64,000 nucleotides of DNA from Octopus bimaculoides (lineage: Eukaryota): assembly GCF_001194135.2 (NCBI RefSeq), contig NC_068982.1, forward strand, positions 48,441,019-48,505,018, written 5' to 3'. Below the pieces are notes generated by a model that was not told the origin of the DNA, searched no databases, and worked only from the letters and a program-made list of their open reading frames with translations. Within the stretch, counting starts at the first letter, position 1. Every line of letters begins with the position of its first letter. The position numbers and the translations under genes were made by a program. Below, in pieces: positions 37,615 to 51,436 of this stretch.

Positions 37615-38489
37615 TATCATCATCCAGTGTTTTAAATCTGGGTTTTTTCCCTGTTAATGGATCTACCTCAATGCCATACCAACCGAGGTAGGTAGATGCA
37701 GCCGACCCCAACCTTTGGGCTGGCTGGTGCTCATTCTCCTTTGCTATCATGAGGCTGTTTTGGAGCTGGATTTTCTATGGGGAGCATGTTCTTGCTTACC
37801 CCTAATCTCAGTTTCTAGACATGAGTGGTCCCAAGACCAAGGCCTCTACCATGAATTTTTAAGAAATGTAGTGGAAAACTAGCAAAGAAAGGCAGGGACG
37901 CTACTCCCTGAGACCCCTTTTGGAGCCCCACTACCAACATATGTACCCACTTACACATGTACTTACTGATGTAAATATGGATTTGTTCCTCCAGTTATGC
38001 ACTCATTCACAAGTACTGACTGAATACACAATGTATATACAAAGTCACACAGGAGTAGACTCATATATGTATATGTGTGTACATGCGTGTGCATGTGTGT
38101 GTGTACATGCGCAGAGAGAGAGAGGGGGGAGAGCGAATTGGCAGGAGTATTATAATATATGTATATAGTATTTCTGCCAATTCTCTTTTATAAAATCTAG
38201 CAGAGTATATTCCAGAAGGCACTGAAATTTTCTCCCCTCTATTTATTGTTAATACCTTGCCTAAAGTACCACACAGTGGGACTGAGCCTGAAGCTGAGCC
38301 ATATGGTAGGAAAACAAACTTTTCACCACACAACCACACTTCCCATGTCACCAGATAAAGTTCTAAAGGCAACAAATCTACAAGAGCTTACAATAAACAT
38401 CAATGAATTAAGCAGAACTTTGGTAAATGCCTATCTGTACATCAAATTATTAGCAAAATTTGCTGCCAATCCTTAGTTTCTATTCTTTT

Positions 38490-38715
38490 AGTTTTTGATT
38501 TGTTTCAGTCATTTGGCTGCGGCCATGCTGGAGCACCTCCTTAAAGGGTTCTTTTAGCCAAAGAAATCGATCCCAGAACTTATTCTTTGTAAGCCTAACA
38601 CTTATTCTATCAGTCTTCTTTGCTGAACTGCTAAGTTATGGGGGCATAAACACACCAGCATCGGGTGTCAAGTGAGGGTGAGGGACAAACACAGACACAA
38701 AGACACACGCATAAA

Positions 38716-38750
<35 letters not shown>

Positions 38751-38905
38751 GTATGACAGGCTTCTCTAAGTTTCTGTCTTCCAGATCCACTCACAAGATT
38801 TTGATTGGCCTGAGGCTATAGCAGAAGACACTTGCCAAAGGTGCAATGTGATGGGACTGAACTCAGAACCATGTGGCTGGGAAGCATGCCTCTTACCATA
38901 CCACT
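38490..38905 (-). mobile_element. SINE family A
   Basis: Full reverse copy. Confidence 0.88.
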
Positions 38906-39245
38906 CCTAGCACACTCTCAAACCAATTATTCATCCCTAATTTTCTCAGCACTCACTATGTTATATATCAAATAGCATCTCAAATATTGTTAATGCAAGA
39001 GTGACTACCAGCATGTACATATGTCTATACCTCAGCACATATCAACAACAACTGAAAGTTATTAATTGAAATCAATAATGGCAGGAAATAAATTCTATAA
39101 AAAAAATAACGCATTTTTAAACCTATAATTCAAAACGTGAAACAAAACCAAACAATTAATAGTGGTAAGTCCCTTTAATTAAATAACAGTGAATTACTAC
39201 AATTAGTCACTGCGAAATGTACTATAACGATATACTACTTTATAG

Positions 39246-39300
39246 ATTATTAACAAAACTGAAAACTATTGAGCAAGTCAGTGATGATGATGATCTGTAA
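39246..39300 (+). CDS. candidate terminal exon (LLTKLKTIEQVSDDDDL*)
   Basis: ctactttatAG acceptor, open frame to TAA, followed by about 1.1 kb of T-rich, SINE-free sequence with AATAAA at about 39319 and 39417. Confidence 0.25.
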
Positions 39301-40394
39301 ACTGAACTATTGATCCAAATAAATGTTTCATCGTGAATTTATGCAAACATGATCAATATATGATTATAAGAGTTTACAGTAGGTCATTTCCCCTGATTGA
39401 TTCCAGGTGTTTTTCAAAATAAACGATGCAATTTTTTTTTTTGTAACTTTTATGTTTAAAATCAGTTGTGTAATGAGATAATTACTTTTGATAGTGTGAA
39501 GTCAGAATTTTATAATACAATTGTGTGTCAGTTTCAGAAAAAAATAATTCATATTTCGTAAATTTAATTTTCTATTTTTCCTTTTTTTTTTTTTTTTTTT
39601 TNNNNNNNNNNTTTTTTTTTTTTTTTTGTTTTCTAAAAAGACTATTCTGTTTCAATGTTAATGGTATTTGTTTCATAAATCATATTTGTTATAAAATGTC
39701 TTGAAATTTAAAGCCATACAAAGTGCAGTAGGTCAACTGTAAATGAAGATACTGTTAAACTTCACAGCTGAATAATTTAAGCAGTTTATTTGATAAAGTG
39801 AAAAATTTTACTTGTAGCTTTTGATCCTTATTTTTTACATTATTTACTTATTTATTTATTTTTACCTCACATGCTATACAGAAATATCAATGTGTTTTCC
39901 AGTTTATATAATTAATCAAAACAAAATTGATATCCTGAGAAAATTTAATATCTCAAATATTGCTTATGCAAGCATGAATACCTGCATGCACTCACGTCAA
40001 TAAGTCAACACAAAATTTATGTTTAATTTTCAAGATTTACCAAAATACCAAACAAAATCAATTAAAAATCCTCAAGTGGTAGTGATAATGGAAAAAGACT
40101 GCATTATAGTAACTGTGTATATTATATATTACTGTATTTCAAACTTAAATATATATAGAGGGGGTTAAATGAGTGCAAATAAATTTCATTAGAAATCATT
40201 TACAATTTTTATGTAAAAAAATGTATATATATTTTATAGACATATATGTAGTATATTATATATATGGTCAGCTATTTAGACAATCAAATTAAAAGACATT
40301 AAAATATTTGTAAGAATAGAAAACAAGGATCTTAATGATATTTCAAGATTTTATCATTATGCTCTACAACTGTATCAGATGTGAACATTATTTA

Positions 40395-40625
40395 TTTCTT
40401 TATTGCCCACAGGGGGCTAAACATAGAGGGAACAAACAAGGACAGACAAAGGGATTAAGTCGATTATATCGACCGCAGTGCATAACTGGTACTTATTTAA
40501 TCAACCCTGAAAGGATGACAGTAAAAGTCAACCTTGGTGGAATTTGAACTCATAATGTAACAGCAGACAAAATACCACTAAGCATTTCACCTGGCATGCT
40601 AATGGTTCTTCCAGCTTGCTGCCAT
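40395..40625 (-). mobile_element. SINE family B, full length
   Basis: Includes the TTTCTTTATTGCCCACAGGGGGCTAAAC 3' end and the tRNA-like head. Confidence 0.88.
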
Positions 40626-40974
40626 AAATGTAAACATTATTAACCATACAAACATAAGAATTATGGAATATTTAAATCTAAACACTGTTCCTGTTTCATA
40701 ATACCTTCCTGATTTACTCAGCTCATTCAAACTAATTATGTATTAATTACATATTAAATACATAACGATTATATGGTTAACAATGTTTGTGGTTAAGCCA
40801 TAAAAATCCCTGTATCCCAGTGAAACAAAAGTTTTAAATATTGAGATGTTTGTTTTCTGTTCTCAATATTCTACTCTGATCATTCATTTTAGCCAAGTTA
40901 AACTCTATGCAAACTTATTCCTGCTGTCATAGAACAATAACAAAAAAAGATCATGAACTAACAACATGATTCAG

Positions 40975-41470
40975 GGCAGTAGGAACAATCTTATAATCAC
41001 TCATTACAATATGGAAAGACAGAACTCTTAACAAGAACATCAAATTAAAGCTCCTGAAGACAGTAGTTTGGAATGTTGCACTGTACAAATGTGAAAGCTG
41101 GACCCCCAGGGCAAATGACACTGCCAAACTCAAAGCATTTGAAAAAAAGTGTGACCAAAGAGTTATGAGGATCAGTTGGACTGTCCATTGAACAAATGAG
41201 TTAGTATCTGCGGAGATGAGAACAAAATGAGAAATTTTGACAACTGTCAGGAAGAGAAAGCTGCAGTATTTTGGGCAGGTCATCATGGCTGAACTTCAGC
41301 AACTACATCGTTAGGAGAAGAGTCAATGGAAAAGTAACAAGAGGGAGTTCAAGAAGATGCTGGATGGACAACATCACAGAATAGACTGAAAGACTTCCAG
41401 CTGAATGCATAACCATAGCTGGAACAAGAAATCAATGGAGAAAGATATAGCATGCTTCCATGGTCCACGG
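40975..41470 (+). mobile_element. degenerate RTE (BovB-like) LINE C-terminal fragment
   Basis: IWKDRTLNKNIKLKLLKTVVWNVALYKCESWTPRANDTAKLKAFEKKCDQRVMRISWTVH*TNELV...RKRKLQYFGQVI, then GKVTRGSSRRCWMDNI. Confidence 0.88.
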
Positions 41471-42021
41471 GAAAAGATAAGACAGTCTATTGGAGAATAA
41501 AGATATGTTCATGAATAGAGCTCTTAAGTTCAGTGGGTACACTTTTGTAGTACTGATACACTAATTCAGTATATTACATATACATCAAGAAAGATGTAAA
41601 AATGAATCATAGTTAACAAACAGCATTTTTATCTTCATTACTGTTATCAGTCACTATTTCAGTTTTGTTTTTTCACATCAATAGTTATCTACATATTAGT
41701 AAATTCATTGGTAGCGTGTATAAAGTGAGACATGCATGGATAAATTGTAAATAAATTTACATATATGTACATTTAATAAACTTATACTTATTTGGTATTT
41801 GATATCAAAAATGTTCATTGCACCAACTGCAACCTGATCAGTGACATAATTCCACTGCATCTGTATCATATATGTGGTTATCGACACATTTGGTAGGAGT
41901 TACATATATTATTTAATAGCAGTCTTATTTAGCTCCTTGCAACTTGAAAATTCATCAGGTTTCTTTGATGAGTTTATGCAACTTGAAGTTGCAGCTTGGA
42001 GCCAAATCAGACTGTTATTAA

Positions 42022-42096
<75 letters not shown>

Positions 42097-43788
42097 NNNN
42101 NNNNNNNNNNNNNNNNNNNNNNNNNNNNNNNNNNNNNNNNNNNNNNNNNNNNNNNNNNNNNNNNNNNNNNNNNNNNNNNNNNNNNNNNNNNNNNNNNNNN
42201 NNNNNNNNNNNNNNNNNNNNNNNNNNNNNNNNNNNNNNNNNNNNNNNNAATTTCTATCTTTATCACTTCTTTTACCTATACTGCCATCACCTTTGTTATT
42301 TCTATTTTCATCTTTATACCTACAACAGTTTTAACAACGTTGGCACATTTATTAAAATATGAAAAGCACATGAGATATCAATGAAAAATTAAGCTTGTGA
42401 ACTTACTTGGTGGAAAAGATGCAACTCTACTTGTTCGCAAAGGAAGATGCATGGGTAAGAAATAGAACTCCATATCTTATGTATCAACTGCACAATGACA
42501 AGAAGATAACTTCTAGCGTTCCAGCAGTATGCATAGACCTTTTGCTATAACTTCTTGTGAGGTTCCAAGTAAAATTTCCTTTTGTTTATTGAAAATTTCA
42601 TTTCTTTTTTTTTTATTTTTTTACACAATTTAAAAAATCAATAGATGAACTTATTATATACATATGACTTCATAGAATTTCCACTAGATCTTTGTGATTG
42701 CTTTTTTTACTTTGGCTTCAAACGTTTGGCCTTCTCGTATTGTTCGTCTTTGTAAAAGTTGATGAAATTTATCTCAAAATGGAAAGTTTGGTGTATTTAT
42801 GTATTTTTTTTAAAGCAAGGTCGAAACAATCTTCACAGAGTAAACAATTTTAAAAACAGAAGTTAAGACCTGGTTTCTCTTTCCAAACATTGAAGTTGTT
42901 TACTAATCTCTAGGCAGGTTAAATTTGCTTTGTTTTGTTTGTTTTTTAATATTTCAATGGTTTCAAAGACAGCTATAAAAATAAATTGTGAAGTACATAT
43001 CTTACTTTGTAAATTTAGCAAAGTGTAGTCTTCTCTTCCTTTGTGTTTACTTGTGGGTATTACTTTGTTAGCGTGTAAAATCCTTTGAAGATATGATAAA
43101 TTTTTATAAAAACCTGTCCATGTTGCCCAATTCATTCCTTTTTTGCATTCAATCAGTAATTTCTGTTATAATGATATGTTTTCTTATGTGACTAGGTCTT
43201 CCGAAATGAAAAGAAATAAGCAAAGCTATTAGAAAAGAGTGATTGAATACAGAAGAAAAAAAAAGAAAAAGGAAAAACACTGCCTATTTATTTTACGACT
43301 AGATTTTAACCTGATCTGATGGTCATTGTACATCCTTGTACCACCCACCTATAGCACTACAAGATATGATATCACAATCATCATATTAAAGCCACGAGCT
43401 TATCTAGAATTTGTTTCATTGTTATTATATTTTGAAAGCATGGCAAACATTGTTTGTTTGTTTGTTTTTTTTTTGTTTTTTTTTGTTTTTGTTTTTGAAA
43501 AAATATATATATATTTATCAGACTTTCATAGAGTCTGAAATGATTTTTTATATATCTTATTTTAATGCAGTGAAATATAAATGATATCAGATCAAGAATT
43601 CAAAGAATAATCTAATAACTTTATTTCAAAAAATAACTTAACTTTCACTTGAAAAGAAAAAAAAAAAGTGTTGTTAAAGATATTTTCTGTGGGTGTTTTG
43701 ATTTAATTCATTTATTCTAAGTTTATTCCCTTTGTTTACTACATTTACATCTAACAGTGGAAAGAATTTGCTACTTGTTACTCTTCTA

Positions 43789-43825
<37 letters not shown>

Positions 43826-44337
43826 CACACATATATATATATACATACATGCATATAGATATTATGAATATTAGTATATTCTAGTGGAATGTATAGCAAA
43901 CAGTTCTTCTTGGATTAAAAATTTCGTTTTTTAAAAAAACTATATGTTCTACTTAACATTTTACAGTCTGTTTCCAAACTTTCTAACATATTTAGATGAA
44001 CTGTGATTGTTTAAGTAATACTTACACTAGTATGTATGTATATATATGTAAAAGCACCCACTACACTCTCGGAGTGGTTGGCGTTAGGAAGGGCATCCAG
44101 CTGTAGAAATTTTGCGAGGTCAGATTGGAGCCTGGTGCAGCCTTCTGGCTCGCCAGTCCTCAGTCAAACTGTCCAACCCATGCCAACATGGAAAGAGGAT
44201 GTTAAACAACGAGAGTATGTATCTGTCTATTCAGCTATTTACCTATCATTTATCACTTATATCATCTATCACTTATACATCTAGCTATCTACATATTGGT
44301 CTATCTGTCTGTCTATAAATCTACCTATGTCTGTCTG

Positions 44338-44372
<35 letters not shown>

Positions 44373-45507
44373 GCCTGTCTGTCTACTTTTCTTTTTTTCT
44401 TTCTAGCTACTTATCTACCTACATATTTATCAACAGCTCTACCTAACTGTGTCATGAAATACATATGCATCAACTTTCAGATTTTCTTACATTTTAAGCT
44501 AAAGTAATTTTGGCAACATAGTTAAAACATTATGACGTTTTTGTATTCAATATGGAAGCAGATGCATATATACTTGAAAAAAATGTTTTAAAGTTCTCTT
44601 ATCCACCAGTTCATTTTTTTTGGCCTCCATGATTAGCACAGTGGTTTTAATGACTAATTACAAAAATAATATCTAAATGACTGATAAATATAATGATCCC
44701 TAATAACTACAAAAGAAGTATTGTCACTTTCTTTCAGAAGTATTTCTATTAGATTAGTAAACATGTTGGCAAAAAAAAAAAAAAATAGCTAATATAAATA
44801 AATATTCAATAAAAAACTTAAAGTTCACTATAATAATGATTTCTCTAAGTATTATCAAACAACCTTGTAACTGATAATTACATCTAGTTTCTTAATTCCC
44901 TCTTATCTTATTTACAATTAGTTTGAACTTTAGATCTTTAGTAACCATCTAAAATTTTTATTTTGTGAGTTTTCTCCTTTTCTTTTATATATTTTTGTTT
45001 TATTAATATTAATTTTCGTTTGCATCTAATCCAATAATTTTTCTTTCACTTTCTTTTAAGCAGGAGCATATGCTTTTTAAAGCACATACATAAGTCGAGT
45101 TTGGTAATTCCTTCTCTGGTGCTTCTTGCTTCATTAATTTCACCATTCATGTAGGTTGCTGTCTGTAAAATGTTACTGATTTTTCTGTTGGCTTCGAATT
45201 CATTTCTTGCTCTTTTGGTTATCAATAAAATTTCAGTATTTTAAACTTTTGTCTTTTAGTTTCAATTTTGTTGTTTCAGCATTTTTGGTAAGTTTTAAAT
45301 TTAGCATTTTTCTTTAGAACTTTCAATATTACAATAATATATCCTCGTATTTCAAATTCATTTTCCTAATTTCAACTCATTCCATGATTCAAGAAAAATT
45401 CTGATATATATATGTTTCTATTCTTGGTCTCTTCATACATGAATATAAATGAATTCAATCTGAAAATTAAGAAGAAATACAAAATATAAATATGCTTAGA
45501 TCTATGG

Positions 45508-45562
<55 letters not shown>

Positions 45563-45738
45563 TTTATTAATATTTAGCAGAAGCAACAAGGTGACTGAAG
45601 GGCTGAGGGTTTTGTACATTGGCACTTATCTCACAAAACTCTTGACCCTTGAGCCACTTTGTTGCTTCTGCTAAATATTAATTGAAATATACATATATTC
45701 ATAATTTGAGTTTTATTTTTCTTGCTTGCATCACCATA

Positions 45739-45774
<36 letters not shown>

Positions 45775-46974
45775 CTGAAGAAAACATATCTGTAATAATT
45801 ACTAACTGCATTTCAAAGTTGTTATTTTTTAAAAAATTTACAGTAATACTTTCTTTCAGATATATCATTTAAAAAAAGTTTAGTTAAAATATTTGTTTAT
45901 GATTTCCTTTTTATTCTCAAGAAATATCAAGTAATGTAAGTATTAAGCAGTAATTAAGAATATCCTTATAAATTTAACATGTCTAAAATATATAATCTTT
46001 ATTAATTTATGTATTTATTATGATTTTTTAATATTTATGCAAATATCATTTTCATCGTTTTTGTTTCAACAAGCAGGAAAAAATATTGCTTGACCAATAT
46101 CATCAAAGTGCTTAGAGTAATAAAAATATAAAAACAAAAAAAATAATGTTTATATCAAAATAGTTATATAATTACATGATTACATATTTAAAACACAATA
46201 TGTTTGCAACAGCATACATATAAGCATTCTGTTAAAGAATATTTATTATGATGATAAAAATAAGAACAATAACATTAATCACTTCATTACAGGAGTAGAT
46301 GACGTCTTAATTCACTATTAAACCTACCAAGATTCAAATAAATTATACTGTAGATTTCATGTAACTAGTTCTATATGAATGTTTATTCTCTAATTTTTCA
46401 CATAACCAATAAAACCTGGCCTTGATACAGTTTGGTACTCTTTGCTTCTACATATCTTTCTTAGGGATATTTTTTTCTCTTATGGTGATGAAAGTTGAGT
46501 AATGACTGATAGAGTGCGATCATAAATATGTGGCCAAAATAGATGTCCTCCGAATGAACTCTGGGTTTGTAGCTCAGAAATCAGAAAGCCTCTGAAGGTG
46601 AAGCCACTGAGAGGTCATAGCTCTGGTACTACAGATATGTAATTAGAATGTCACAGGAGAGAATCACAAGCTAAATTCTTCAAGCTGAGCCAAACCAGTA
46701 GGATACTCAGGTAAAAGTTAAAAGTAATGTTACCTTCTTGAGTCATGCCAACTCACAAGGGCTGGTTTCCCGGTTTCAAGGGCATATAAATTTTCCACCT
46801 GGATGGGATGCCGGTCCATTGCAGGACTATTCAGTTTTGCCTGCTGAGTGGACTGGAGCAATGTGAAATGTAGTATTTTGCTCAAGAACACAATGGGTTG
46901 CCCAGTCCAGGAATTGAAACCACAATCTTACGATCATAAGTCCAATACCCTAATTAAGTCATGCGCCTCCACTA

Positions 46975-47130
46975 GAAGACTTAAGGGTAGACTAAGATTG
47001 AGATGATGGTTGGATAATATCCATAACCTCAGTTGGTCATGCTTGGGAATCCAACTAGAAAGTCTAATGATGCTTGCATCTGATAGGATCCAATGGTGGA
47101 GGTGTCTGAGGATTCTAAGCCCATGACCCA
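46975..47130 (+). mobile_element. RTE (Rex3/Expander-like) extreme C-terminal fragment
   Basis: RRLKGRLRLR*WLDNIHNLSWSCLGIQLESLMMLASDRIQWWRCLRILSP resembles GRPRTRWRDYISxLAWxRLGIP...DRxxW. Confidence 0.6.
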
Positions 47131-48568
47131 TCCAGGAATAGTAGAACATAGTAGAAGATACATCTGGAGGAATATAGTAGAAGATACATGCACTTGTAGG
47201 GAGATTGACCCCAGAACCATATGGTTGGGAAGTAAACTACTTATCACACAACCACACCTATGCCTCCATAAGATTTAATTGAAAGTTACACACTATTGAT
47301 TTATGAAGAAATGAAGTTGTATAGTGTGACTAAACTGTAGATATACGTATAATGTGTTCTGCTCTTTACTGTACATCTAAGCAACAAGTCATTCTTTGCT
47401 ACACACGTATAATGCTACTGCTCTAATATACTCTATGATACTGAAAATGAAGTGTATATTTCTCAATCACCCTTAATTTCAATTCTTTACAACTTGGGGC
47501 AACACATTCAAAGGTATTCTGCTTTTGATCTCTATACTTCACCTATTTCCAACTTCTTCAACTGTGCAGTATTGATATAATAAGTGCTGCTACTTATATC
47601 ATTGAATTAGATTCAACAGTAAGATTGAAAAGTTACATATCAGAATAAAGCATTGGATCACATCAATAACATGTTGAAACTGCGTTCAGTAAACTTGCCT
47701 GGAAATTAGATATCTTTCATGTAGACTACTTCAAACAGATTTGTTTTTAAGATCCAAGCCATCTCACAAATCATCAGAAACTAAGATCCAACAAACCATT
47801 GATTATTATTTGGATGTATAGTGTAAATGTCTATCCTCAAGTATAACAGTACATTTTTTTCAAAATAAAACCAAACATATATGATATCCCAATGAGTTAA
47901 AATTTATAATGCTAAGACAGGCATTTAGGATACTTTGTATCTTTTTCTACCAGTCAACATTTATTTATTTCTATTCTTGTTAGGTCCTTGAAACAGAAAT
48001 TCCCTCAGGTTCAATTCAAACCTGACTTCAACTAGTATGCTACACAATTTAATGCATTTCTATATTTACCAGTCCATATAGATATTTGAACTTAATAATA
48101 GTCATAATAGTCAATATTTAATAATATTTTAGCATCCTTTGCTTGATGATATCTAATTATTACTTTTCCTTCATTTCTGTTTACCATTATACACTTACAA
48201 CTCAAACTATCTTTTTTCTCTTAAATATAAGAATTTACAAGCTTTTTCATTTTCCTTAGAGAACATTTTTATTTGATCATTGCAACTTTTTCAACAAATA
48301 ATGTATTTTTTATCATTTTTATCATAACTGAGAATTATCATCACCATCATAAGAATAATCATCATCATTTTAACATCTACATGTCAATGCTTGCATCAAT
48401 TCAGATGGAATTTGCTGAGGCTGGTTTTCTATAGATAGATACCATTTCTGTTGCAGATTCTCACTCATTTCCATGCAAGGTAATACTTCCCCATGACTAA
48501 ACACACAAAATTGGAAACATCACTTGCATGATGGTGAGGATCCATTACATCCATTAAGCAATGTCAAG

Positions 48569-48682
<114 letters not shown>

Positions 48683-48849
48683 CACACATACATACAAATA
48701 CATATATGACAGGCTCCTTCCAGTTTCTGTGCACTAAATCCACTGACAACGCTTTGATTAGCACAAAGCACTTGCCTAAGGTATCACATGGTGGAATCAA
48801 ACTCCAAGTTTGGCAAGTAAACAACATGACCACACAGCCATGTCTAATC

Positions 48850-49048
48850 TAGCTGGCAGATACATTAGCATGCTGGGCGAAAAGCTTAGCAGTATTTTGT
48901 CTGCTGGTACGTTCTAAGTTCAAGTTCCGCCGAGGTCGACTTAGCCTTTCATCCTTTCGGGGTCGATTAAATAAGTACCAGTTACTCATTGGCGTCGATG
49001 TTATCGACTTAATTCTTTGTTTGTCCTTTGTGGGCAATAAAGAAATAA
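48850..49048 (+). mobile_element. SINE family B (CpG-rich young copy)
   Basis: CTGGCAGATACATTAGC...AAGTTCAAGTTCCGCCGAGGTCGACTTAGCCTTTCATCCTTTCGGGGTCG...GGGCAATAAAGAAATAA. Confidence 0.88.
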
Positions 49049-49264
49049 ATGTTTGAGTATTTGTGATATGCTTTATATGACCTTAACTATGGAACAAAAC
49101 TAAAAACGTAATCAAAATCATTAACATAATGAAACAATGTTATAAAGACCTATAAATTTATACATCAGAAAAGAATAAGAAAATTTATAAAACCTGGAAT
49201 TTTCATGAGTCCGCTAGCTCCAAAAGCATTTTTTAATTCTCTCTCTGTTTATTGCCTTGTGTTC

Positions 49265-49300
49265 CTTTCTGTTGAAGAGCATAGGCTCGAAACGTAAAAG
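49265..49300 (+). ncRNA. minimal type I hammerhead ribozyme-like motif (core variant A6U)
   Basis: CUUU-CUGUUGA-A-GAGC-AUAG-GCUC-GAA-ACGU-A-AAAG. Stem I is 4 bp, stem II is 4 bp with a tetraloop, stem III is the palindrome ACGU, and the site is GUA. It sits in a ~190-bp repeat (49200-49390) ending at a (TA/TC)n tract. Confidence 0.65.
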
Positions 49301-50447
49301 ACTTTCTCACCTTCCCAAGCATTAAACTAATACACCTATTTGTTGTTTATATATCTGTCTTCGTCGTTTGTTTTTCTGTAAATTTCAACTATATCTATAT
49401 CTATATCTATCTATCTATCTATCTATTTTTATATATTTATATATATATATATATATACTTACATGCACACATATATGTATATACAATGCACCTCTTTCAG
49501 TTTTTGTTTACCAAATCCACTCACAGGGCTTTGATTGGCCTGAGGCTGTAGTAGAAAACAATTGCCCAAGGTACCATGCAGTGGGACTGAACCTTGAACC
49601 ATGTAATTGGGAAGCAAGCTTCTTACCTCACAGCCATGCCTTTAAGCATTACAAATTTGATGTATGTTAAGTTAAAGAATTGAACTATTGTATATAAACA
49701 TGAAAATGTGTGTGTGTGTATTACATGTGTATCTTCTGACATCTATATTTTTGTTAAAATGTTTGCAATGTCTTGAAATAAATGCTTCTCCCTCTCCCTT
49801 TTCCTCCTTCTCCCTATTGTTCTCCTCCCTCCATACAGGCTCTTGGTCTATCACTTTTGTTATCACACTTGTTCATTAGTTATGTTAAACAAACTAATCC
49901 AACCTTGTACTTAAACTGATATCATTCTTATCTCTTGGAAACTTTATATTTTATCACATACTGAACTTAGCAGACACACACTCACATGCTTGTGCACATT
50001 CATACAAGCCAAGAGACTGCATGTGATCATTTGATCTGCAAGAAAATGCAACAATCACTCAGCAATCACATTCTACTGTTTGAAAAAAGAAGACCAAAAT
50101 GGATAATACGGTTCTAGAATGAAAGCAAAAAAAAAAAAAAAGAAAAAAAGAAACGAAAATGTATAAAGGTTTCCTAATATCATCATCATCATCATTATCA
50201 TCACCACCATCATTTTATGTCCACTTTTCCATGCTTGCATGGGTTGGATGGAGTCTACTGAGGCAAATTTTCTATGGCTAGGTGCCCTTCCTGTTGCCAA
50301 CCCTCACTAGTTTCCAAGCAAGGTAATATTTTCCCATGTCCAAGTATGTTTACGCAGAATGTTGGGAATGAATGACATTTTCTCATGAGAATATATGATA
50401 GCTCATTTCAGCTGGGAGACAAGAATATGATAGAAACACTCTCAATA

Positions 50448-50609
50448 GGTGCAGGCTGGTTATGTGGTAATAAAGCTTGCTTCCCAGCCACATGGTCCCA
50501 GGCCCAATTCCACTGCATGGTACATTGGGCAAGTGTCTTCTATTATAGCCTCAGGCTGACCAAAGCCTTGTGAGGGGATTTGGAAGATGGAAACTGAAAG
50601 AAGCCAGTC

Positions 50610-50657
<48 letters not shown>

Positions 50658-50880
50658 ATGTGTGTGTGTATTTCTGTCTGTGTTTGTCCATTGCTTGACA
50701 ATCGATGGTGGTGTGTTTATGTACCCATAACTTAGTAGTTCAGCAAAAGAGACCGATAGAATAAGTACTAGGCTTACAAAGAATAAATCCTGGAGTCGAT
50801 TTCTTCAACTGAAATCCTTTAAAGTGGTGCTCCAGCATGGCCACTGTCAAATGAATGAAACGTGTGAAAGAATAAAAGAA
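50448..50880 (+). mobile_element. SINE family A, full length
   Basis: Head, core, (TA)n/(TG)n and AAAGAATAAAAGAA tail. Confidence 0.9.
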
Positions 50881-51089
50881 TATTTATCTGTTAGGTTCTT
50901 ATTGAGGAATAATCAATACATTAGTGGTTGATAATATTTTATATCTTAACTAGATTAGAAAAGTCAAATGATGATGATGGTGATAATGACAACAATGAAG
51001 GTAAAAATGATGACGTCGATGATAATAGTTATTTCTGATATAGACACAACACCAGCAATTTTGAGATGGTGGTAGAACATTCATCAACA

Positions 51090-51436
51090 GGTGCTTGCAT
51101 AGTATACTTAAAATCAGATGGCCTGAACACATAAGCAATATGGAGCTATGGCAAAGAACGAATCAAGTTTCGATTAGGGAGCAAATATTTAAGAAAAAGT
51201 GGAAGTGGATTGGTGGCACAATTAGAAAAGACACACTAAATGTAGCAAAAAGTGCTTTACAGTGGAATCCGAATGGATATAGAAAGAGGGATAGGCTTAA
51301 GAACTTGTGGTGTAGATCAACACAAAAGGAACTAGAGAAAGGGGGACATTCATGGCAGAGTATAAGTACAGCAGCGAAAAATTATGCGACATGGAATTCA
51401 ATTATAAGTGGCCTATACTCCGCGTTAGAGGGTTAA
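51090..51436 (+). mobile_element. RTE LINE C-terminal fragment (third RTE subfamily)
   Basis: SILKIRWPEHISNMELWQRTNQVSIREQIFKKKWKWIGGTIRKDTLNVAKSALQWNPNGYRKRDRLKNLWCRS...KELEKGGHSW is a typical RTE ORF end. Confidence 0.92.

Noticed and set aside
42385-42560. Open frames on both strands with GTAAG donors (LVNLLGGKDATLLVRKGRCM; LIHKIWSSISYPCIFLCEQVELHLFHQ)
   Set aside because: The two candidates are mutually exclusive, have weak acceptors and no homology, so neither can be supported.
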